Assembly: GCA_044440125.1 (NCBI GenBank) | Contig: JBITAJ010000018.1 | Span: forward strand, 32,001 to 96,000 | Direction: 5' to 3' | Origin: Sedimentisphaeraceae bacterium JB056 | GTDB lineage: Bacteria > Planctomycetota > Phycisphaerae > Sedimentisphaerales > Sedimentisphaeraceae | Length of the DNA: 64,000 nucleotides | Shown here: positions 9,210 to 16,980 of the stretch, one piece after another | Layout of the letters: the number at the start of each line of letters is the position of its first letter | Position numbering within the stretch: position 1 is the first letter of the stretch | Program-made: the position numbers and the translations under genes | The notes under the pieces: model-generated | The model's input: the letters and a program-made list of their open reading frames with translations, nothing else | Told to the model about the DNA's origin: nothing | The model's database searches: none

Positions 9210-10463
9210 ATGAAAACTAATGGATTACTTCAGACTTCTATATCAAATTTTGAAAATTCGGCCAAGCGACTGAATTTGAATTCTTTGATATATGACAGCT
9301 TGCTTTATCCAAAGGAAAGAATTGAATGCACTACTGTGCCGATTTTAACCAATGGTAAGCACTGTAAGATAAAAACCTATCTGGTAAGACATAATGACGC
9401 GTTAGGTCCTTCGAAGGGTGGTATTAGAATGCTGCCCGATGTTACACTTGATGATATTACCGGCCTTGCAATGGAAATGACCTGGAAAACAGCGTTGATA
9501 GGTGTACCATTTGGCGGCGGTAAATCAGGTATATGCTGTGACAGTTCAGATATGACTGCCGATGATAAAGAAATTGTTCTACGTTCATTTACGCGAGGTG
9601 TAGCACGTCATATAGGTCCGGAAATTTATATACCTGCACCTGATATGGGTACAAATGAAACTGATATGGGGCATATAAAAGACTGTGTTGCTTATTCCAA
9701 GGCAACTTCTATTACTGAAGGTTGCTATGTTACAGGCAAACCTGTTATACTTGGTGGTATAATTGGTCGTAGACAGGCGACGGGCAGTGGTGTTGCTTAT
9801 AGCGTGCAGGCGGCTTGTGACAAACTTGGTATAGATATGAACGGTTGCCGTATAGTAGTTCAGGGGTTTGGTAATGTAGGTTCTGTAGCCGCTTCTGTTT
9901 TAGCGGACCATGGGGCTAAAATAATAGCAGTAAGTGATATTTCGGCTGCTGTGTTTGATCCCAATGGTATTGATATTGAAAGTCTTCTGAATTATTCTGA
10001 TATTAATGGAAATATAAAAGGCTTTGATAATGCGGAAATAATGGACTCTCGACAGATGCTTGAGCTTGATTGCGACGTATTGATACCTGCAGCCGCACAA
10101 TCTCAGATAAATGAAGTGAATGCAGATAAAATAAAAGCGAAGATAATAGCTGAAGGAGCCAATGCTCCGACTACACCGCAAGGCGACGAAATTTTGAATG
10201 AAAAGAATGTTTTCATTGTGCCGGATATCCTCTGCAATGCAGGCGGTGTATTTGTTTCGTATCTCGAATATGCACAGGAAACACAAAGAGAGCAGATGGC
10301 TCTTGAGGATGTTCAACAGCGTCTATTTAACAGGATGAATCAAAAGTTCCAGCAAGTATTTGATTACAGCGTTTCGCAGGGAATAACCATGAGAAACGCG
10401 GCGATGGATATAGCAATTAAAACAGTGGCTCAGGGGTTGACCAGTAGAGGTTTTCACCCATAA
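9210..10463 (+). CDS. gdhA: Glu/Leu/Phe/Val dehydrogenase, probably glutamate dehydrogenase
   Basis: HN..LGPSKGGIR, MTWK, PFGGGK, PAPDMGT, TGKP, QGFGNVG, EGAN and NAGGV motifs. Confidence 0.88.
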   Translation: MKTNGLLQTSISNFENSAKRLNLNSLIYDSLLYPKERIECTTVPILTNGKHCKIKTYLVRHNDALGPSKGGIRMLPDVTLDDITGLAMEMTWKTALIGVPFGGGKSGICCDSSDMTADDKEIVLRSFTRGVARHIGPEIYIPAPDMGTNETDMGHIKDCVAYSKATSITEGCYVTGKPVILGGIIGRRQATGSGVAYSVQAACDKLGIDMNGCRIVVQGFGNVGSVAASVLADHGAKIIAVSDISAAVFDPNGIDIESLLNYSDINGNIKGFDNAEIMDSRQMLELDCDVLIPAAAQSQINEVNADKIKAKIIAEGANAPTTPQGDEILNEKNVFIVPDILCNAGGVFVSYLEYAQETQREQMALEDVQQRLFNRMNQKFQQVFDYSVSQGITMRNAAMDIAIKTVAQGLTSRGFHP

Positions 10464-10480
10464 TTGAAAGGAGATTATAT

Positions 10481-11548
10481 ATGAATGAAATAGGATTTGG
10501 TGTAGTAGGTGCGGGTTTGATAGCTCCATTTCACCTCAATGCCATAAAGGATTCTGTTGGCGGTAAAGCAGTGGGCATCTTTGATGTATGCACTGAAAAG
10601 GCGCAGGAAATGGCAGATAAATTTGATATGAAGGTTTACTCTTCTTTGGCTGAGATGCTTGACGATTCGGCGATTGATGTAGTTTGCGTTGCTACTCCCA
10701 ATCATCTTCACAAGGATATTGTGATTGAAGCGGCAAAGAAGGGCAAGCATGTCCTGACTGAAAAGCCGCCGGCAATGACTCTTGGTGATACTGATGAGAT
10801 GTTGGATGCCTGTGAAAAGGCCGGTGTTAAATTCGGCTGTTTTGTGCAGTGCAGAATCCGTAAGGCGATACAGGCGATTAAAGCGGCTGTTGACCAGGGA
10901 CGTTTCGGTAAACTTCTCCATGCCGATGCTTATATGAAATGGTTTCGCGGGCAGGATTATTATACTTCTGACGGTTGGAGAGGCCAGAAGCAATCGGGCA
11001 GCGGTGTTACTGTAGCTCAGGGTTTTCATTATATTGATCTGCTTCAATACATTGCAGGGCCTGCGGTTTCTGTTGAAGCGAAGATGGAAAATATTGCTCA
11101 TCCGGGCATTTCGCTTGAAGATGATGTTATTGCTCATATCGAATACGCTAATGGTGCCAGAGGAGTTGTTCAGCTTTCTACTGCTATATGGCCGGGTACT
11201 GATATCAGGATTGAAATCAACGGTACTGAAGGTACGGCTGTTATGAGTGGAGAGAAAATGCAGACATGGAAATTCAAGGATGAGCGTGAGGAAGATGGTG
11301 CTATTGCTAACCTCGGCAACGCTGCGCAAGCTACAGGTGCGGGCGGAGCGGCCGACTTTGGACACAGCGACCATACAGTAGTTGTGCAGGATATGATTGA
11401 ATCGATAAAGAGCGGTAAAGAAGTTGTTATACCGGTTAAAGATGTACGGCCTACGATTGAAATAATATTGGCAATGTATCAGTCTGCTGCAAGAAATCAG
11501 GCCGTTAATTGGCCGGTTCAGGATGATCCGGCCGCATGGCAGAACTGA
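10481..11548 (+). CDS. Gfo/Idh/MocA family oxidoreductase
   Basis: GVVGAG, ATPNHLH, HVLTEKP and QGFHYID motifs. GGAG RBS. Confidence 0.94.
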   Translation: MNEIGFGVVGAGLIAPFHLNAIKDSVGGKAVGIFDVCTEKAQEMADKFDMKVYSSLAEMLDDSAIDVVCVATPNHLHKDIVIEAAKKGKHVLTEKPPAMTLGDTDEMLDACEKAGVKFGCFVQCRIRKAIQAIKAAVDQGRFGKLLHADAYMKWFRGQDYYTSDGWRGQKQSGSGVTVAQGFHYIDLLQYIAGPAVSVEAKMENIAHPGISLEDDVIAHIEYANGARGVVQLSTAIWPGTDIRIEINGTEGTAVMSGEKMQTWKFKDEREEDGAIANLGNAAQATGAGGAADFGHSDHTVVVQDMIESIKSGKEVVIPVKDVRPTIEIILAMYQSAARNQAVNWPVQDDPAAWQN

Positions 11549-11557
11549 TTATTGTAA

Positions 11558-11620
11558 AGGTATTAGGTAGTAGTTTGTTGCTGGTATAAATACGAAGCTG
11601 TAAACTATTGCCTAATGCCT
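11558..11620 (+). terminator. Long hairpin between convergent genes
   Basis: AGGTATTAGGTAGTAGTTT (11558-11576) pairs with AAACTATTGCCTAATGCCT (11602-11620): 19 bp including 3 G.U pairs on the + strand RNA. Confidence 0.55.
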
Positions 11621-11633
11621 ATTGATTCGTGCC

Positions 11634-12281
11634 TTATGCTTTGGGGTTTTTAAGGCCGCTTTCAAGTAATTCGCTTACCTGAGAAGCTAAATTTCTTCTT
11701 GTAAGTTCCGTGTCAAGCCCGATATTAAGCAATTGAGAAATTGTCAATCTGTTTGAATAGTAGAAATAGGTTAATGCGAAAACGGTCATGATGTATGTTG
11801 AGAAGGCTATATCCTTTTTGAAAAAACCTTTTTCAACACCAATGTTATACAGCTTTTCGATATGTGATATGTATGGGCCTCGTATTTCAGACCAGTTTGT
11901 TTGTTTCTGGTTGCGACCCTGACTGATGTTTTCCCATGAAAGCAGTCGCCAGAAATCGGGATGGCTGTGATGGAATTCAAGGAACGCTGAGACGAGTTTG
12001 AATGTGAGATCCGGAAGATCGTTCTCGGAAAGATTCATGATCTTTTCCTGATGAGCGGCTTCAGAGTAAACATCGGTAAGTACACTGTTGTACAGGTCTG
12101 ATTTTGAACCGAAATAAGCATATATTCTTTGCTTGTTGATATTAGCCAGTTCGGCGATTTCGTCGATTCTGGCGCCATCAAAGCCTTTTTGGGCGAAAAT
12201 ATGTCGTGCGGCAAGAAGTATTGCCTGCATGCTTTTTTTAGAACGTTTTTGTTTTGGTTTAAATTCATTCATAGTACTCAT
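11634..12281 (-). CDS. TetR/AcrR family transcriptional regulator
   Basis: ILLAARHIFAQKGFDGARIDEIAELANINKQRIYAYFGSKSDLY HTH. Start at 12281 or 12272. Confidence 0.95.
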   Translation of the reverse strand: MSTMNEFKPKQKRSKKSMQAILLAARHIFAQKGFDGARIDEIAELANINKQRIYAYFGSKSDLYNSVLTDVYSEAAHQEKIMNLSENDLPDLTFKLVSAFLEFHHSHPDFWRLLSWENISQGRNQKQTNWSEIRGPYISHIEKLYNIGVEKGFFKKDIAFSTYIMTVFALTYFYYSNRLTISQLLNIGLDTELTRRNLASQVSELLESGLKNPKA

Positions 12282-12313
12282 AATATGAATATTAACCAAA
12301 ACAAGGATAAATA

Positions 12314-12372
12314 CAAGTAACTGGTTGCTTTTATCTTGATATTTTTATAACATTAAACCTTATAGTTGGTTT
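12314..12372. promoter_or_regulatory. Two candidate TetR operators in the divergent promoter
   Basis: CAAGTAACTGGTTGCTTT (12314-12331) and AAACCTTATAGTTGGTTT (12355-12372) resemble the palindrome at 2289. Confidence 0.45.
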
Positions 12373-12401
12373 TAGATATAACTTTAATGAATGGTTTTGA
12401 A

Positions 12402-13427
12402 ATGAAGAATTTTCCTGAGAGTTTTAGTTCGCAAAAAGAATTAGATGAATTTATAAATACTCCCTCAAGTGAGCTTGTTGAATACTTCCGCAGTCTGGAA
12501 GGTGATGTGATGGTGCTTGGCGGCAGCGGCAAGATGGGGCCGGCTGTCAGTATGATGGCTAAGAAGGCAGCAGAACTTAGCGGAGTTGATCGTAATATAT
12601 ACGCGGTTGCCAGAAGTGCGATGCCTCAACTTGAAGCTGCGGGAATAAAGACGTTTCAGTGCGATTTGCTTGATATTGAACAGCTCGAGAAGCTCCCTAA
12701 GGCTAAGAATATTATTTATCTTGTAGGTCGTAAGTTTGGTTCTACAGGAAATGAAGGTATGACTTGGGCGATAAATACTATTGTGCCTTCAAATGTAGGG
12801 CGGGTGTTTTCCGGTAGCAATATAGTTGCCCTTTCAACAGGTTGCGTCTATCCGGTAGCGGATATTACGAGCATCGGAAGCAGCGAAATGGATGCACCTG
12901 CTCCTGTCGGCGAATATGCTACGAGTTGTCTTGGCAGGGAGCGTGTATTTGACTATTACGCGGCGGCGAATAATTTTAATATAGTTCATATACGCTTGAA
13001 TTATTCACTTGATCTCCGCTATGGCGTGCTTGTGGATATTGCCAGAAAGGTTTATGAACAAAAGTCTGTCGACTTGACAAGTGGGTATTTTAACGGTATA
13101 TGGCAGGGAGATGCGTGTGACCAGATATTACGGGCAATTTCCTTAGCCGGTCGGCCCGGTACAGCTCTGAATATTACAGGTCCGGAAACTCTTTCTGTTC
13201 GTCAGGCTGCGCGTGAATTTGGGCAATGTTTTGGGAAAGAGCCGATTTTTGAAGGTGTTGAAAATGGCAAGTCTTATCTCAGTAACGCCTCGAAAGCTAA
13301 TGGGATATTTGGCAATCCACGTGTGCCGATTTCACAAGTGATAAAATGGACAGCTCAATGGGTAGAGCAAGGTGGAGAAAATTGGGGTAAGCCCACTCAT
13401 TTTGAGGTTCAGGACGGGAAATATTGA
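12402..13427 (+). CDS. NAD-dependent epimerase/dehydratase (extended SDR)
   Basis: LGGSGKMG, GRKFGS, STGCVY, GEYATSCLGRE and RLNYS motifs. Confidence 0.85.
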   Translation: MKNFPESFSSQKELDEFINTPSSELVEYFRSLEGDVMVLGGSGKMGPAVSMMAKKAAELSGVDRNIYAVARSAMPQLEAAGIKTFQCDLLDIEQLEKLPKAKNIIYLVGRKFGSTGNEGMTWAINTIVPSNVGRVFSGSNIVALSTGCVYPVADITSIGSSEMDAPAPVGEYATSCLGRERVFDYYAAANNFNIVHIRLNYSLDLRYGVLVDIARKVYEQKSVDLTSGYFNGIWQGDACDQILRAISLAGRPGTALNITGPETLSVRQAAREFGQCFGKEPIFEGVENGKSYLSNASKANGIFGNPRVPISQVIKWTAQWVEQGGENWGKPTHFEVQDGKY

Positions 13428-13450
13428 TTTTTTTTGCAAGTGAGGATGTA

Positions 13451-14191
13451 ATGAGATTGTTCAACGGTTCTATGATTTTTGCAGCAGTATGCTTTGTTGC
13501 TTTGATTTTTGGGTGTTCAATGCAGGGTAAGAATGTCTGTTCAGATCAAATTTTATTTGAGGATGATTTTTGCGGTCTTGAAAACTGGCATTTTGAAGGT
13601 CTTACAGAAGGTGTAACGAATCCGAAGCCTGGTATTATGCGGCTTGACTGCAATGGATCAAAACAGGGTGGTGCGGGATGTATGTCTTTTTGTAAGCTGA
13701 ATTTTCCTGATAATATAAGCATTGAGTACGATTTGTTTGTTGAAGAAAAGAATGGTCTTTTAATAACGTTCGTAGCTCTTGAAGGGCTTGACGGACAGGA
13801 TGGTATTACCGGCGTACCTCCCAGAACAGGAGTTTTTGGTGATTATGTCGGCAAGGATGCTTCAACTCGCAGTTATCATGTTTCAATAAGCAGGTATGAC
13901 GACAATGCTGAGCATACCGGAGTTTCGAATTGGCGAAGAAATCCGGGGCTGAATCTTATGGGGCAGGGGAAAGATCCATGCGAAGAGATACATAAGTGGT
14001 ATCATGTTAAAATAATCAAGAAAGGTCCTTATTGCGGCCTTTATGTTGATGGGAAACTTGCTTCGGAGTTTGATGATCCGCAGACTCTTGAAGGTGCTGT
14101 TCCGACAAGTGGTAAGGTTGGTTTCAGGGCAATAGGAGCAAGAGCTGTTGCAGAGATATCAAATTTCAAGGTTTCTAAACTTGATGAATAA
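13451..14191 (+). CDS. DUF1961/YesU-like ConA-fold lipoprotein
   Basis: Lipobox-like LIFGC, FEDDF..NW..EG, YHVS..R, RRNPG and GKVGFR motifs. Confidence 0.7.
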   Translation: MRLFNGSMIFAAVCFVALIFGCSMQGKNVCSDQILFEDDFCGLENWHFEGLTEGVTNPKPGIMRLDCNGSKQGGAGCMSFCKLNFPDNISIEYDLFVEEKNGLLITFVALEGLDGQDGITGVPPRTGVFGDYVGKDASTRSYHVSISRYDDNAEHTGVSNWRRNPGLNLMGQGKDPCEEIHKWYHVKIIKKGPYCGLYVDGKLASEFDDPQTLEGAVPTSGKVGFRAIGARAVAEISNFKVSKLDE

Positions 14192-14242
14192 AAATCTGGC
14201 TTAAATCCAGTAATATTAATATTTTAACACCTTTTGTACTGC

Positions 14243-14272
14243 ATGCCGGCGGAGAGAAGTCTCTGTCGGCAT
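14243..14272. terminator. GC-rich hairpin between the DUF1961-like gene and sdaA
   Basis: ATGCCGGCGGAGA-GAAG-TCTCTGTCGGCAT. No U-tract follows on the + strand. Confidence 0.4.
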
Positions 14273-14302
14273 AGCTATGCGCTGTATCTATAGGAAAGTC
14301 TG

Positions 14303-15508
14303 ATGTCTACAATAAGTTCAATTTATAATATCGGGACAGGTCCGTCAAGTTCTCACAGTATGGGGCCGAGAAAAGCCGCTGAAATTTTTGCAAAAAACTG
14401 TAACGAAAACATCGAGATTGTGGCAGAACTTTATGGTTCTCTTGCTGCTACAGGTAAAGGCCATTTAACTGATATTGCTGTATGTGAAGGGGCCTTACCT
14501 TGTAAAGTTCGGGTTATATGGAAAAAAGAGGAATTGCTGCCTCATCATCCCAATGGTATGATTTTTAAGGCTTATCAAGGGGATAAGCTGTTCGATAAGT
14601 GGCAGGTGTACAGTATTGGCGGAGGCAGACTCTGGGATGGAGAGGAGAGGATAAAAACGCCGGAAAACACGGTTTGTTACAATAGTATTGACGCTGTCAT
14701 AAAAGAATGTAAGGCTGAAAATAAAACGTTGGCTGATTATATTAACAATGCTGAAGGCGAAGCTCTAAAACGGTATCTTGCTGAGGTATGGGCTGTTATG
14801 AGTGATTCAGTGAGAAGAGGGCTTACCTGTAAGCAGCGAGTCTTGCCCGGCGGTTTGAATTTGATACGAAAGGCAAGCGGATTTATTCAAGATATTACAA
14901 GTGTTGGTCTTGATCGTGATATGGCTGATATATGTGGTTATGCCTTGGCTGTTTCAGAAGAAAATGCTGCTGGATCTGTCATTGTTACTGCACCTACTTG
15001 CGGTTCATGCGGTGTTGTGCCCGGGGTGTTGATGTATTTTAAGAAAAAGGGCAGCAGTGATCCTGAGATAATAACGGCTCTTGCTGTTGGTGGCTTGTTT
15101 GGTGCTGTTACTGCCCAAAGAGCGTCGATAAGTGGTGCAGAGGTGGGATGTCAGGGTGAAATTGGTACTGCTTGTGCAATGGCTTCTGCGGCGGCCGCGT
15201 ATCTGCTTGGGGGCAATATTGAGCAAATAGAATATGCCGCTGAGATGGGTATGGAGCATTTTCTTGGCCTTACATGCGACCCTGTTCTTGGGTTGGTTCA
15301 GATACCTTGTATTGAACGTAATGCTTTTGCTGCGATGCGTGCTGTGGAGTGTGCTGTGTATGCAACTAAGACTGATGGCAGTCATATTGTGACCTTTGAT
15401 CAGGTAGTTGATGTTATGAAGCAGACAGGTCTTGATATGAAAGATAAGTACAGGGAAACTTCTCTTGGTGGGCTGGCTTCGATTGTAAAACGTGGAATTG
15501 TGTTTTGA
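14303..15508 (+). CDS. sdaA: L-serine ammonia-lyase, Fe-S dependent, single chain
   Basis: IGTGPSSSHSMGP, LYGSLAATGKGH, SIGGG, TAPTCG, SISGAEVGCQGE, GLTCDP, QIPCIERNA and YRETS.GGLA motifs. Confidence 0.96.
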   Translation: MSTISSIYNIGTGPSSSHSMGPRKAAEIFAKNCNENIEIVAELYGSLAATGKGHLTDIAVCEGALPCKVRVIWKKEELLPHHPNGMIFKAYQGDKLFDKWQVYSIGGGRLWDGEERIKTPENTVCYNSIDAVIKECKAENKTLADYINNAEGEALKRYLAEVWAVMSDSVRRGLTCKQRVLPGGLNLIRKASGFIQDITSVGLDRDMADICGYALAVSEENAAGSVIVTAPTCGSCGVVPGVLMYFKKKGSSDPEIITALAVGGLFGAVTAQRASISGAEVGCQGEIGTACAMASAAAAYLLGGNIEQIEYAAEMGMEHFLGLTCDPVLGLVQIPCIERNAFAAMRAVECAVYATKTDGSHIVTFDQVVDVMKQTGLDMKDKYRETSLGGLASIVKRGIVF

Positions 15509-15662
15509 TTTGCTTGATTTGTGAATTGATTCTGAATTGATTTTGTCTGATTTGGTTAAAATCCAAATTTTTAGTTGTTTTTATAAGTTGTTTTAATTAA
15601 ATTGTTTAAGTGTTATTTTTGTTGTCTGTTGTTTGCTTTTTAAGATTTTTTTTACTGTGCCG

Positions 15663-15725
15663 TATTGATATTGATTTTTGTTTTTGGTAAATTGTTACTA
15701 TTGAAATACGTATTGATTTTTGTTT
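15663..15725. promoter_or_regulatory. Candidate operator region upstream of the GntR gene
   Basis: Perfect 15-bp direct repeat TATTGATTTTTGTTT at 15669 and 15711, and palindrome AATACGTATT at 15705-15714. Confidence 0.4.
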
Positions 15726-15747
15726 GATTTGCAGGGATTGAAATCTT

Positions 15748-16827
15748 ATGAGTTTAGTACTTGAAAGCACAATAAATCCGGTTGATGAGATAACTGATAA
15801 ACTTAGAGATGAAATAATGTCTCTTGATCTTGAACCGGGCACGAGGCTGCAGCCTCTTCGTGAACTTGCGGCAAGGTATGGCACTTCTTATATCACAGTC
15901 AGAAAAGCAATAACCCATTTGTGTGAAGAGGGACTTTTGTACAGCAGAAGGGGTGCTGGTGTCTATGTCAGTGGGTCAGAAGAAGATGCCTGTGATATTA
16001 AGAACAAAACCCTCACAATGCTTTTTTCCGGTATGGAGCAGCATGTCACTACCACACCTGTTTACAGTCGTGTTTTATATGGAATAGAAAAAGAAGCAGA
16101 AAAACTTGGTTTTGATGTTGTTATTTCCATGATGAAACGTGTCGATGATTTCAGTAAGACGGATACCTTTAATAATGCAGCCGGTTTTCTTGCTCTTGGT
16201 GATGAATTGCCGGGAATGCAGTCTTTATTCAGGGGTAAGCCTTTTGTATGGGTAATGGGTGCTGATAAGAAGTGGGGCGATCATATCTCTTACAATAACA
16301 AGTTGATAGGTGAGATAGCTGCCAAGACTCTCGCTGACAGAGGCCACAAGAATGTTGCTTATGTTAATGTTGATCCGGTTGTCGGCAGGCAAAGGTGCGG
16401 CACTTTTAAGTTTTATTCTGAGCTTAAGGGTGTAGAGGTACAGGGTTATGACAATCCTGATGCCCTTCAAACTACAAAATTCGAACAGCATATCGATCAG
16501 AAGATAATGGATAACTGGGTAGCGGATATGCTTCAGAGTAAGTCTATGCCTACAGGGATATTTGTTGTTGATATGGCTGCTTTCAGTCTATACAGTTCTC
16601 TTTTGGATAAAGGACTCAAACCGGGCAAGGATGTGGAATTAATTACATGTAACTGCTGGGATGTTCCGGCGTTCAGAAGGAACTATTGTCCGCTGAATAT
16701 CGATATCTATGCAGAAGAAATCGGATCTATGGCTGTAAGACATCTTGGATGGCGATTTGCTCATCGTGATAACAAACGTGTTGTCATGAAGGTAGAGCCG
16801 TCTCTTGACGAGAGTAAAAAAAAATAA
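15748..16827 (+). CDS. GntR-HTH / LacI-type sugar-binding regulator (AraR-like architecture)
   Basis: PGTRLQPLRELAARYGTSYITVRKA..L..EGLL..RRGAGVYV, followed by a periplasmic-binding-protein-like effector domain. Confidence 0.9.
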   Translation: MSLVLESTINPVDEITDKLRDEIMSLDLEPGTRLQPLRELAARYGTSYITVRKAITHLCEEGLLYSRRGAGVYVSGSEEDACDIKNKTLTMLFSGMEQHVTTTPVYSRVLYGIEKEAEKLGFDVVISMMKRVDDFSKTDTFNNAAGFLALGDELPGMQSLFRGKPFVWVMGADKKWGDHISYNNKLIGEIAAKTLADRGHKNVAYVNVDPVVGRQRCGTFKFYSELKGVEVQGYDNPDALQTTKFEQHIDQKIMDNWVADMLQSKSMPTGIFVVDMAAFSLYSSLLDKGLKPGKDVELITCNCWDVPAFRRNYCPLNIDIYAEEIGSMAVRHLGWRFAHRDNKRVVMKVEPSLDESKKK

Positions 16828-16980
16828 CATTGATAATAATGTAGAGGTTTTGAAGGCTCAGTATCAAATTTTATGGTAAGAGATATTTGATTCTTAGCTG
16901 AGTGAATTGGTAATATGGGACAGGATAATCTGTTTCGTAAGGTATTTTGTGTTAACCTTAATATTGAAAGAAGGATTAGT

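Noticed and set aside
10475..11374. 299-aa minus-strand ORF
   Set aside because: Antisense shadow of the clear Gfo/Idh/MocA gene 10481-11548, with no recognisable motifs. The same applies to the many 60-170 aa ORFs overlapping assigned genes.
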